A stretch of DNA of 64,000 nt from Acidimicrobiia bacterium (GTDB lineage Bacteria; Actinomycetota; Acidimicrobiia; Spongiisociales; UBA11373): the NCBI GenBank assembly GCA_035464675.1, contig DATHSA010000066.1:1323-65322 (forward strand), written 5' to 3'. The notes beneath the pieces were generated by a model. The model ran no database searches and was not told the DNA's origin. It saw only the letters and a program-made list of their open reading frames with translations. The translations under genes were made by a program, and so were the position numbers. Below, one piece after another: positions 9,262-19,823 of this stretch (its first letter is position 1; each line of letters opens with the position of its first letter).

Positions 9262-11442
9262 CTATCCGCCCCCGGGGAGCAGCCGATACGCGTCGTAGAC
9301 GCCCTCGACCCGTTTCATCTCGGCGATGGCGCGGTCGAGGGTCGCCACGTCGGAGAGCTCGATCTCGAAGCGGAGGATGGCGACACGGTCGCGGTTGGTC
9401 GCCGAAGACGACGACACGATATTGGCACCGAGATCGGCGAGTGCCGTGGTGACGTCGCGCAACAGCCTGGGCCGATCGAGTGCCTCGACCTGGACCGTCG
9501 ATCGGAACGACCCCACCTCTTCCGCCGACCAGCCCACCTCGATCATCCGCTCGGAACGATCCCCCAGCGCATCGATGTTGGTGCAGTCCGAGCGGTGGAT
9601 CGACACGCCGCGGCCCACCGTCACGAAGCCGACGATGGCGTCCCCCGGTACGGGCCCGCAGCAGCGGGCGATCCGCACCAGCATGTCGTCCATCCCCTCG
9701 ACGACGATCCCTCCCTCGGGGGCGCGACGCGAGGTGGTGAAGGTGATGGCATCGACGACCTCCTCGTCGTCGTCGACATGCTCCTCGGGACGCGCCAGCC
9801 TGAGGAGGCGATTGATCACCGTCTGCGGGTGGGTGTTCCCGTCGCCGACCGACACGAACAGCGAGTCGATGTCCTGGAACCCGAGCGACGCCGCCACCGA
9901 CGCGAGAAACTCGTCGCGCTTGGACGCGGTCAGGCCGAGGCCTTCCTTGCGGAGCAGCCGCGTGACCTGCTCGCGGCCCTCGCCGATCGAGTGTTCACGG
10001 CGCTCCCGGCTGAACCACTGACGGATCTTGGCGGAGGCCCGGCTGGTGCGAACGAAGGACAACCAGTCGCGGCTCGGCCCATCGGCCTTCGACGTGATGA
10101 TCTCGACGATGTCGCCGGACTCCAGCCGGGTGGAGAGCGGCACGAGGCGGCCATTCACCCGCGCGCCGGTGCAGCGGTGGCCCACCTCGGTGTGGACGGC
10201 ATACGCGAAGTCGACCGGGGTCGCTCCCCGGGGCAGCGCCTTGACGTCACCGTTCGGGGTGAGGACGAAGACCTCCTCCTGATACAGGTCGAGCTTGAGG
10301 CCCGCCAGGAACTCGGCCGGGGTCTCATAGTCGTCGGATGTCTCCGCCAGTTCGATCAGGGGACTCTCCTCGACCTCGTCCCCCTCCTTGTAGCGCCAGT
10401 GCGCGGCGATGCCGTGCTCGGCACGGTCGTGCATCTCCCGGGTCCTGATCTGCACCTCGAGCGGCTTGCGGTCCGGTCCGAGCACCGTCGTGTGAAGGCT
10501 CTGGTACAGATTGAACTTGGGCATCGCGATGTAGTCCTTGAACCGGCCGTGGACCGGCGGCCACCGGGTGTGGACGATCCCCAATGCCCCGTAGCAGTCA
10601 CCGACCTCCTTGGTGATGATGCGGATCCCGATCAGGTCGTGGATGTCGTCGAAGGTCCGGCCACCGTCGATCATCTTCCGGTATATGGAGTAGATGTGCT
10701 TCGGGCGACCGGTCACCTCGGCGCTGATCCCGTTCTCGCCGAGGAGTCGCTCCACCTCGTCGACCACGCCCGAGATGTAGGCATCCCGCTCCGGTGCCCG
10801 GGCACGCATGAGATCGACGATCTCAGCGTATCTCCGCGGATGGAGGACCGCGAAGCAGCGGTCCTCCATCTCGTGCTTGATCTCCTGGACCCCCAGCCGG
10901 TGGGCGAGCGGTGCGTAGACCTCGAGTGTCTCCACGGCGATGCGCTGCTGTTTCTCGGGCGCGAGCGGGTGAATCGTGCGGATGTTGTGCAGCCGATCGA
11001 CGAGTTTGATGAGCAGGACGCGAACGTCCTTGGCCATCGCTATGACCATCTTGCGAATCGTCGCTGCCTGCGCCTCCTCGCGATTCGAGTACTTCACCCG
11101 GTCGAGCTTCGTGACCCCGTCGATCAGCGCGGCCACCACCGGCCCGTACTCGTCCGTGACCTCCTCGAGCGTGAGGCCGGTGTCCTCGACGGTGTCGTGC
11201 AGGATGGCTGCGGCCACAGTGTCGGCATCCAGCCCGTATCGGGCCAGGATCTGCGCCACGGCGAGGGGATGGGTGATATAGGGCTCGCCACTCTTGCGGA
11301 ACTGCCCGTCGTGGCGCTCCGCCGCCACCTCATAGGCGCGGTGGATCTTCTTGTCCGAGGTGTGAGGATGATGCCGCCGGAACTCGTCGAGGACCGGTCC
11401 CAGCTCGGCGATCACCGCATCGTCGGGCCGGACGTCACTCAT
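9262..11442 (-). CDS. relA: Bifunctional (p)ppGpp synthetase/hydrolase (RelA/SpoT family)
   Basis: HD hydrolase (HPLAVAQIL, LHDTVEDT), synthetase (YIAMPKFNLYQSLHTTV), TGS and C-terminal ACT-like segments. Confidence 0.95.
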   Translation of the reverse strand: MSDVRPDDAVIAELGPVLDEFRRHHPHTSDKKIHRAYEVAAERHDGQFRKSGEPYITHPLAVAQILARYGLDADTVAAAILHDTVEDTGLTLEEVTDEYGPVVAALIDGVTKLDRVKYSNREEAQAATIRKMVIAMAKDVRVLLIKLVDRLHNIRTIHPLAPEKQQRIAVETLEVYAPLAHRLGVQEIKHEMEDRCFAVLHPRRYAEIVDLMRARAPERDAYISGVVDEVERLLGENGISAEVTGRPKHIYSIYRKMIDGGRTFDDIHDLIGIRIITKEVGDCYGALGIVHTRWPPVHGRFKDYIAMPKFNLYQSLHTTVLGPDRKPLEVQIRTREMHDRAEHGIAAHWRYKEGDEVEESPLIELAETSDDYETPAEFLAGLKLDLYQEEVFVLTPNGDVKALPRGATPVDFAYAVHTEVGHRCTGARVNGRLVPLSTRLESGDIVEIITSKADGPSRDWLSFVRTSRASAKIRQWFSRERREHSIGEGREQVTRLLRKEGLGLTASKRDEFLASVAASLGFQDIDSLFVSVGDGNTHPQTVINRLLRLARPEEHVDDDEEVVDAITFTTSRRAPEGGIVVEGMDDMLVRIARCCGPVPGDAIVGFVTVGRGVSIHRSDCTNIDALGDRSERMIEVGWSAEEVGSFRSTVQVEALDRPRLLRDVTTALADLGANIVSSSSATNRDRVAILRFEIELSDVATLDRAIAEMKRVEGVYDAYRLLPGGG

Positions 11443-11950
11443 ACGCGATCAGCGTCTGCACGGGTACGTCGAGACGCGACCTCCCTGCGAGGAACTCCAA
11501 CTCGATCAGGACCGAGACGGCCTCGACCGAGGCCCCCGTGCCACGGACCAGGTCGACGGTCGCCGCCGCCGTGCCCCCTGTCGCAAGGACGTCGTCGACC
11601 ACCACGATCCGGTCATCCGCAGTGACCGCGTCCTGGTGCATCTCCAGGGTGTCGGTGCCGTACTCGAGGTCGTAGGTCTGGGTGTGGGTGCTCCACGGCA
11701 GCTTGCCGAATTTGCGAACCGGTACGAACCCCAGGCCGAGCCGCGTGGCGATCGGGGCCCCGAAGATGAAGCCCCGGGATTCGATCCCGACGATCCTGGT
11801 GGCGTTCAACTCGGCGATCGCATCGCCCATGGCCCCGATCGCCGCGGCGAACGCGTGCGCGTCGGCCAGCAGCGGCGTGATGTCCTTGAAGACGATCCCC
11901 GCCTCCGGGAAGTCGGGCACATCACGAATGAGGGCGCGCAGGTTCTCCAC
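11435..11950 (-). CDS. apt: Adenine phosphoribosyltransferase
   Basis: FPEAGIVFKDITPLL, PRPP motif VVVDDVLATGGTAAA. Start uncertain: GTG at 11950 (VENLRALI...) or GTG at 11995. The longer form would translate a heptamer repeat array. Confidence 0.85.
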   Translation of the reverse strand: MENLRALIRDVPDFPEAGIVFKDITPLLADAHAFAAAIGAMGDAIAELNATRIVGIESRGFIFGAPIATRLGLGFVPVRKFGKLPWSTHTQTYDLEYGTDTLEMHQDAVTADDRIVVVDDVLATGGTAAATVDLVRGTGASVEAVSVLIELEFLAGRSRLDVPVQTLIAYE

Positions 11951-11968
11951 GCGGCGATTGTACGGACC

Positions 11969-12050
11969 GTCGCCCGTCACCGGTCGCCCCGTCACCGGTG
12001 GAATCAGACGATCGATGCCGACCGGCGACGGGAGACGGGAGACGAGAGGC
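11969..12050. repeat. Paired heptamer arrays between secF and apt
   Basis: Left array GTCGCCC GTCACCG GTCGCCC c GTCACCG (11969-11997). Right array CGGCGAC GGGAGAC GGGAGAC GAGAGGC (12023-12050). They are partly complementary (CCCGTC/GACGGG cores). The right array ends 3 nt before the secF stop (12054). Confidence 0.75.
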
Positions 12051-12053
12051 CGT

Positions 12054-13115
12054 TCACCGCTTCCTCTTGCGCCTTCGGGGTGGCCGGGGCATTGCTCCGG
12101 ACTGCTCGAGTGCCTGGGCGGTGGTCTCGGGGCTCGCCGTGATCGTGCGGGGGGCGAAGTCCTCCTCGCCTCCGCGTCGCTCGACGCGGCGCCTCACCCG
12201 CTCCCAGTGCTCCTCCCGCTCCTTCCACACGCCGAGGATCGGGGCCGCCAGGAAGATCGAGGAGTAGGTGCCGGTGCCGACGCCGACGAAGAGGGCCAGC
12301 GCGAATTCGCGCAGGGTCGTGGCCCCCAGAAGGAACGATCCGACGAACAGGAGCGAACCGATCGGCAGCAGCGAGGTGAACGAGGTGTTGAGCGACCGCA
12401 TGAACACCTGATTCATGGACATGTTGACGATCCCCGAAAAGGTGTGACGGTCGCCCCGCTCCCGCACGTTCTCCTGAACCTTGTCGAATACGACGACGGT
12501 GTCGTAGAGCGAGTAGCCCAGGATGGTGAGGATGGCGATCACGGTCGCCGGTGACACCTCGAATCCGATCAGTGAGTAGATCCCGGCGGTGAACAGCAGG
12601 TCGTGACCGAGGGCCACCAGGCCGGCCATCGCCATCTTGAACTCGAGTCGCCAGGTGATGTAGAGAGCGACGACGATCAGGAAGACGATGAGGGCCCGCA
12701 CCGCCGCATCGGTGATCTGATCGCCGAACGTCGGGCCCACCGTCTGGCGGCTCGCCTCGCTGGGATCGACCCCGGCCAGCGCGGCGACCGTCTCGACCAG
12801 CCTCTCCTCCTGCTCCGGGCCGAGCTCCGCCGTCTGAACCCGGATCCCGTCGCCGCCCGATGTGGTCTGGACCCGGGCGTTGCCGACTCCGAGGGCGGTG
12901 ACGGCTTCGCGAACCTGCGTGACGGTCGCCCCGCCCGGGTTCTCAACCTCGACGAGGGTGCCCCCTTCGAAGTCGACGCTCAGGTTGAAGCCACGGAAGA
13001 CCAGGGACAGGATCGAGATGAGGATGATCACTCCGGAGATCGTGAACCAGCGTCGACGGTTGCCGACGAAGTCGAACTGTGTCTCGCCCCGGTACAGGTC
13101 GCGGAAGAGGCTCAT
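12054..13115 (-). CDS. secF: Protein translocase subunit SecF
   Basis: SecD/SecF family topology and motifs (FDFVGNRRRWFTISGV, LGYSLYDTVVVFD). 4-nt overlap with secD. Confidence 0.95.
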   Translation of the reverse strand: MSLFRDLYRGETQFDFVGNRRRWFTISGVIILISILSLVFRGFNLSVDFEGGTLVEVENPGGATVTQVREAVTALGVGNARVQTTSGGDGIRVQTAELGPEQEERLVETVAALAGVDPSEASRQTVGPTFGDQITDAAVRALIVFLIVVALYITWRLEFKMAMAGLVALGHDLLFTAGIYSLIGFEVSPATVIAILTILGYSLYDTVVVFDKVQENVRERGDRHTFSGIVNMSMNQVFMRSLNTSFTSLLPIGSLLFVGSFLLGATTLREFALALFVGVGTGTYSSIFLAAPILGVWKEREEHWERVRRRVERRGGEEDFAPRTITASPETTAQALEQSGAMPRPPRRRKRKR

Positions 13116-14899
13116 GCGGTCGCCTCCTCCCGTGGGACGCCCACGGCGCCTCTGATGCTCAGGCGACCGCCCTCGCCGAGGGATCGCGTCCGGGCCAGGA
13201 GGGCCACGGCGGGCCTCGTGAAGAAGACCGCCACCAGGACGTCACACACCGTCGCCACCAGCAGTGCCAGCGCAAAGCCCTTCACCGCGCCGATGGCGAG
13301 GAAGAACAGCAGCACCGCGCCGGCGAACGACACCGTGTCGGCGGTCAGGATCGTGCGGAACGCCCGTGAGAACGCGTGATCGATGGCGCTGCGCAGGGAG
13401 CGGCCCTTGTGGACTTCTTCCTTGATTCGCTCGAAGTAGACGATGTACGAGTCTGCGGTGATCCCCACCGACACGATCAGGCCGGCGACCCCCGCAAGCG
13501 TCAGGGTCACACCCTGCCACTCTCCCAGAAGGGAGAACACGACGAGGACCAGGCTCCCGAAGACGGTCAGCCCGATGACGTTGACGATCCCGAGAGCCCG
13601 GTAGTACAGGATCATCGCGAGGGCGACGAGGGCCAGGCCGGCGAATCCGGCGATGAGGCCGGCGTCGAGAGAGTCCGATCCCAGGGTGGCCGACACCGAC
13701 TGGACCGTCGCCTGTTCGAAGGCGACAGGAAGAGACCCGTAGCGGAGAACGACGCTCAGGTTGCTGGCCTCCTCCTGCTGGTTCTGGCTGTCACCCAGGG
13801 TGATCACCGCAGAGGACCCGGGGATGCCCACCGCCGGGTCGACATCGTCGTTGACGCGGGGGGCCGACACCACGATGCCGTCGAGAACGATGGCGAACTG
13901 ACGGCGAGGGTCGCCTGGCGCCGAGGCGGGGTCGCACTCGGGGAACGGGATGGTGCAACCGTAACTGGCGAGCTCGCGGGTGACCGTGGTGAATTTGGTG
14001 GCGCCGTCCGAGCTGAACTCGAGGAGCACGATCCACTCACCGAGGCCGCCACCGGTCGGGCCGCCACCGGTCTGCTGGAACTGAGCCTGGGCCCCGGTGA
14101 GGTCCGAGCCGAGAAGACGTGCGGGGGCGACGTGGAAGATGCGTCCCCCGTCCTCCGCCGCCTCGGCGAGGAACGCGTCGAGGTTCGGATCCGGATCCGG
14201 GGTGAGACCGGTCTGGAAGTCCACGCAGCCTGGCTGCTCCACCTCGTCGCACCAGGTGACGCCCTCGGGGAGGACGATGTACGACTTGGGATCGAGCGTC
14301 GTCGTGGTGCCACCGCTGGTGGTGGTCGTCTCCCCGCCCGTCGTGGTCGTCACTGCCGCCGTGGTCGTGGTGGACGCCACGGTCGTGGTGGTGGTCACCA
14401 CGGTCGTCGTGGACCCCTCTCCGGTGGTCGGGGACACCTCGTCGGGCTCGGTGGTCGTCGTCGACCCGGGCACGGTGGTCGTGGTGGTCGTCGTCGGATC
14501 GGGCGGAGGCGACTGGAAGAGCAGCGGGCTCACTCCGGGGATCGGGCTGATGTCACGCACGGGACGGAACGAGAGCTGGCCGGTGGTGCCAACCGCGGCA
14601 AGGGCCCGATCGCGGTCGGTGACACCCGGCAGCTGCACCTCGATGCTGCGATCGCCCACCACTGCGATCTCGGGTTCCTGGACGTTGCCCAGCGCCTCGA
14701 TGCGGCGCCGCATGATCTGGACCGCTTGATCGAGAACGTCGGCGTCGGTGCCCTCGGGAGCGTTGAGCACCACCGCAAACCCGCCCTGGAGATCCAGGCC
14801 GAGCAGCGGGGTCGTGCCCGACAGCTGGGTGAGAAGCAGTGACCCGTAGACGACGACGAGCGTGATCGTCAGAGTCAGAAGAGCACTACGCCGCGACAC
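13112..14899 (-). CDS. secD: Protein translocase subunit SecD (with Thr-rich insert)
   Basis: LGLDLQGG, GITADSYIVYFERIKEE. A ~73-aa Thr-rich low-complexity insert is encoded at 14291-14509. Confidence 0.95.
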   Translation of the reverse strand: MSRRSALLTLTITLVVVYGSLLLTQLSGTTPLLGLDLQGGFAVVLNAPEGTDADVLDQAVQIMRRRIEALGNVQEPEIAVVGDRSIEVQLPGVTDRDRALAAVGTTGQLSFRPVRDISPIPGVSPLLFQSPPPDPTTTTTTTVPGSTTTTEPDEVSPTTGEGSTTTVVTTTTTVASTTTTAAVTTTTGGETTTTSGGTTTTLDPKSYIVLPEGVTWCDEVEQPGCVDFQTGLTPDPDPNLDAFLAEAAEDGGRIFHVAPARLLGSDLTGAQAQFQQTGGGPTGGGLGEWIVLLEFSSDGATKFTTVTRELASYGCTIPFPECDPASAPGDPRRQFAIVLDGIVVSAPRVNDDVDPAVGIPGSSAVITLGDSQNQQEEASNLSVVLRYGSLPVAFEQATVQSVSATLGSDSLDAGLIAGFAGLALVALAMILYYRALGIVNVIGLTVFGSLVLVVFSLLGEWQGVTLTLAGVAGLIVSVGITADSYIVYFERIKEEVHKGRSLRSAIDHAFSRAFRTILTADTVSFAGAVLLFFLAIGAVKGFALALLVATVCDVLVAVFFTRPAVALLARTRSLGEGGRLSIRGAVGVPREEATA

Positions 14900-14902
14900 G
14901 AC

Positions 14903-15211
14903 TCAACCGATCTTGCCGGCCAGGGCCCGCCGGGCGACCCGGATTCGGCCGCCTCCTTCGATCTGCAGCACCACGGTCTCCTCATCCAGATGCTCGATGC
15001 GGCCGTGGATGCCGCCGATCGTCTGGACGTCGTCGCCCACCTCGAGCTCGGCCATCAAGGCCTGATGTTTCCGCATCCGGGTGCGCTGCGGGCGAATCAT
15101 GAGGAAGTAGAAGAGGCCGCCGATGATGACGGCATAGAACAGCAGGGTCACGAAGGCGTTGCCGGAACCCCCGGCCGAGCCGTCTTCGGTTCCAGCAAGG
15201 ATGATGAGCAT
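14903..15211 (-). CDS. yajC: Preprotein translocase subunit YajC
   Basis: 102 aa with a single TM. FYFLMIRPQRTRMRKHQALMAELEVGDDVQTIGGIHGRI is typical of YajC. Confidence 0.9.
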   Translation of the reverse strand: MLIILAGTEDGSAGGSGNAFVTLLFYAVIIGGLFYFLMIRPQRTRMRKHQALMAELEVGDDVQTIGGIHGRIEHLDEETVVLQIEGGGRIRVARRALAGKIG

Positions 15212-15271
15212 CGGTCCTCCGGGGACTCGGCAGCGGATGTGCCCTCTTGCCTGACGCGGGCGACCCGCGAC

Positions 15272-17421
<2,150 letters not shown>

Positions 17422-17466
17422 GAGGTGAGTGTGTGAGCAAGTCGGGATCTTGCCAAACCATCGTTC

Positions 17467-17535
17467 CCCGTCGCCCGTCTCCCGTGCCGATCGGGGCGAG
17501 CACGCCCGGGGAACGGGAAACGGGGAACGGGGAAC
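17467..17535. repeat. Paired heptamer arrays between ruvB and queA
   Basis: CCCGTCG CCCGTCT CCCGTGC (17467-17487) and GGGGAAC GGGAAAC GGGGAAC GGGGAAC (17508-17535). The cores CCCGT/ACGGG are complementary. The right array is a (G3-4 N3-4)x4 motif. Confidence 0.8.
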
Positions 17536-17566
17536 CACCTTCGGGCCGGACGGGCAGACGCGTCCG

Positions 17567-18592
17567 CTAGAGCAAGCGACCCTGCTCCACCGCGTCGGGA
17601 ACCGGGACGCCAATGTGCTCATAGGCGAGCCGGGTGGCGACCCGCCCGCGTGGGGTTCGCTGGAGGAAGCCCATCTGGAGGAGGAACGGCTCGTAGGCGT
17701 CCTCGACGGTCTGCGGCTCCTCGGAGACGGCGATCGCCAGCGTCGAGAGTCCGACCGGGCCACCACCGAACTTGTGGATCACCGACTCCAGGATCGCGCG
17801 ATCCACCCGGTCGAGACCCGCCGCGTCGACCTCGAACACCTCGAGCGCCTGCCGGGCGATGTCCTCGTCGGCAGACCCTGAGGCCCGCACCTCGGCGAAG
17901 TCGCGTACCCGGCGGAGCAGGCGATTGGCTATGCGCGGGGTGCCCCGTGATCGCGCTCCGATCGCGGCCCGGGCAGCATCGGTGACCTCGATCTCCAGCA
18001 GTCGCGACGACCGCGCCACCACCGCCTCCAGTTCCCCGGAGCGGTAGTAGTCGATCCGGGCCACGTACCCGAAGCGGTCCCGCAGGGGTGCCGAGACCCG
18101 CCCGACGCGCGTCGTGGCGCCGATCAACGTGAACGCGGGCAGTTCCAGGCGGATCGAGTGGGCACCAGCACCCTTGCCCACGACGATGTCGAGCTGAAAG
18201 TCCTCCATCGCCGTATAGAGGATCTCCTCGACCGCTCGAGGAAGGCGATGGATCTCGTCGATGAACATGCCGTCGCCCTCCTCGAGGTTGGAGAGGATGG
18301 CGGCGAGGTCACCGGCCCGCTCGAGCGCCGGCCCCGAGGTTGCACGCAGCCTGGCCCCGATCTCGTTGGCGACTATCGCCGCGAGCGTCGTCTTGCCCAG
18401 ACCCGGCGGTCCGCTGAACAGGAGATGATCGAGCGCTTCCCCCCGGCCACGTGCAGCCTCCACCAGGATCGAGAGACGCTCCTTGAGGTCGTCCTGGCCG
18501 ATGAACTCGTCGAGGGTCGCCGGCCGTAGCCCCTCGTCGAACGCGGCGTCCTCGGGCGACGGCCGGGCAGCGAGAAGGCCTTCCTCTCTCAC
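17567..18592 (-). CDS. ruvB: Holliday junction branch migration helicase RuvB
   Basis: [19 protein letters not shown], winged-helix C-terminus. Confidence 0.95.
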   Translation of the reverse strand: MREEGLLAARPSPEDAAFDEGLRPATLDEFIGQDDLKERLSILVEAARGRGEALDHLLFSGPPGLGKTTLAAIVANEIGARLRATSGPALERAGDLAAILSNLEEGDGMFIDEIHRLPRAVEEILYTAMEDFQLDIVVGKGAGAHSIRLELPAFTLIGATTRVGRVSAPLRDRFGYVARIDYYRSGELEAVVARSSRLLEIEVTDAARAAIGARSRGTPRIANRLLRRVRDFAEVRASGSADEDIARQALEVFEVDAAGLDRVDRAILESVIHKFGGGPVGLSTLAIAVSEEPQTVEDAYEPFLLQMGFLQRTPRGRVATRLAYEHIGVPVPDAVEQGRLL

Positions 18593-19161
18593 GGCCGCCC
18601 CAGCTTCTGCAGCGCGGCGCGGAGCAGTGCCTCGGGCGCCTGGTCGACGTCGAGCCCGTCGAGAGCCTCGCGAATCTCCGAGGCGGCGTAGCCGAGGCCC
18701 TCCAGCGCCCCCCGAACGTCACTCAGCGATCCACCGGCGGGCACCAGCTCTCCATCCGGCATCGCCAGCCGCGCCCGCAGGTCGAGCACGAGCTTCTGGG
18801 CACTCCTCTTGCCGATCCCGGGGACCGACGTGAGCACGTCGACGTCCTCGGCAGCCAGCGAGAGCCGCAACTGTTCCGGGGTGAGGGTCGCCAGGATCGC
18901 CAGCGCCAGCTTCGGCCCGACACCACTGGCCCCTATGAGATCACGGAAGAGATCGCGGCTCTCCTCGGAGGCGAAGCCGTAGAGGGCCATCACGTCCTCG
19001 CGGACATGGAGATGGGTGTGGACCACGACGTCTTCGCCCACCGGAGGGAGGGCGGCGATGTCGCGCGGTGGCATGGCCACCTCGTAGCCGACCCCGCCGG
19101 TGTCGACCACCACACCCGAAGCGGTCCGCTCGGCGAGCACGCCGCGAATCCGCCCGATCAT
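18589..19161 (-). CDS. ruvA: Holliday junction DNA helicase subunit RuvA
   Basis: MIGRIRGVL, HhH motifs [11 protein letters not shown] and [15 protein letters not shown] at 19161 overlaps the ruvC stop (ATGA). Confidence 0.93.
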   Translation of the reverse strand: MIGRIRGVLAERTASGVVVDTGGVGYEVAMPPRDIAALPPVGEDVVVHTHLHVREDVMALYGFASEESRDLFRDLIGASGVGPKLALAILATLTPEQLRLSLAAEDVDVLTSVPGIGKRSAQKLVLDLRARLAMPDGELVPAGGSLSDVRGALEGLGYAASEIREALDGLDVDQAPEALLRAALQKLGRP

Positions 19162-19658
19162 GTCCGCGCCCCGTCCACGGCGCGGCGTAGGCCTGCCGAC
19201 TGGAGATGACACAGAGCGACCGCAAGGGCATCGGCGGCATCCGCCGGCGACGGGGCCTCGGCGAGTCCGAGGCGGCGGGCGACCATCGCCTGCACCTGGT
19301 GCTTGGTCGCATCGCCGTAGCCGGCGACGCCCATCTTCACCGCCGACGGGGTGTACTCGAACACGTCGAGCCCGGCACTCGCCGCGGCGAGCATCGCCAC
19401 ACCGGACGCCCTGCCCACCGACGTCGCGGTCTGAAGGTTGCGGTTCACGAAGATCTACTCGATGGCAACCTCTCCGGGCCGATACTCGGCTATGACCGCC
19501 GCGAGGTCGTCGTGGAGCTCGCGCAGTCGCCGGGCCACCGGCTCACCGGGGGCGGTCGAGATGACACCTGCCGCGACTGCGCGCATCGCGGCATTCGTCG
19601 CCTCGACGACGCCGTATCCGGTCCGCGACAGCCCGGGATCGATGCCGAGAACGAACAT
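19158..19658 (-). pseudogene. ruvC: Crossover junction endodeoxyribonuclease RuvC interrupted by an in-frame TAG
   Basis: ORFs 19455..19697 (MFVLGIDPGLSRTGYG...EVAIE*) and 19158..19448 (VNRNLQTA...ADAADALAVALCH) are in the same frame. They are separated only by TAG (plus-strand cta at 19455-19457). Confidence 0.8.
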
Positions 19659-19665
19659 GTGTTTG
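19652..19665. promoter_or_regulatory. Candidate LexA (Cheo/SOS) box overlapping the ruvC start codon
   Basis: CGAACATGTGTTTG compared with Gram-positive GAAC-N4-GTTC: 7 of 8 core positions match. The ruvC ATG (19658-19656) lies at the dyad centre. Confidence 0.4.
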
Positions 19666-19714
19666 GTGAGGTTAGGGGGTTTGGGTGACCGTTTCACGGA
19701 AATCAGAAGGAAGG

Positions 19715-19812
19715 AGATTCGCGATTCGCCATACGCGATAGACGGACGCGCACATGCTCTCGAGGCGGCGCAGATCCGATCGGTCGAGTCGCGTACTGCG
19801 AATCGCGTATTG
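19715..19812. repeat. AT-richer heptamer arrays forming a 19-nt imperfect inverted repeat
   Basis: GATTCGC GATTCGC CATACGC GATAGAC. Arm 19720-19738 (cgcgattcgccatacgcga) against arm 19789-19807 (tcgcgtactgcgaatcgcg) is 17/19 complementary, with a 50-nt loop. Lies between the yebC stop and the ruvC start. Confidence 0.75.
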
Positions 19813-19823
19813 CGTGGCGGGCT

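Noticed and set aside
8644-11625. 993-aa plus-strand ORF, the longest plus-strand ORF in the left half
   Set aside because: It lies entirely antisense to relA, apt and the MBL gene. Its composition is Arg/Gly/Pro/His-rich with no recognisable motifs. This is the classic high-GC antisense open frame.
19455-19457. Programmed recoding (pyrrolysine or suppressor) of the ruvC TAG
   Set aside because: The window shows no pyl genes, suppressor tRNA or second in-frame TAG in a conserved gene. It is kept as a possibility under the ruvC finding, but not claimed.
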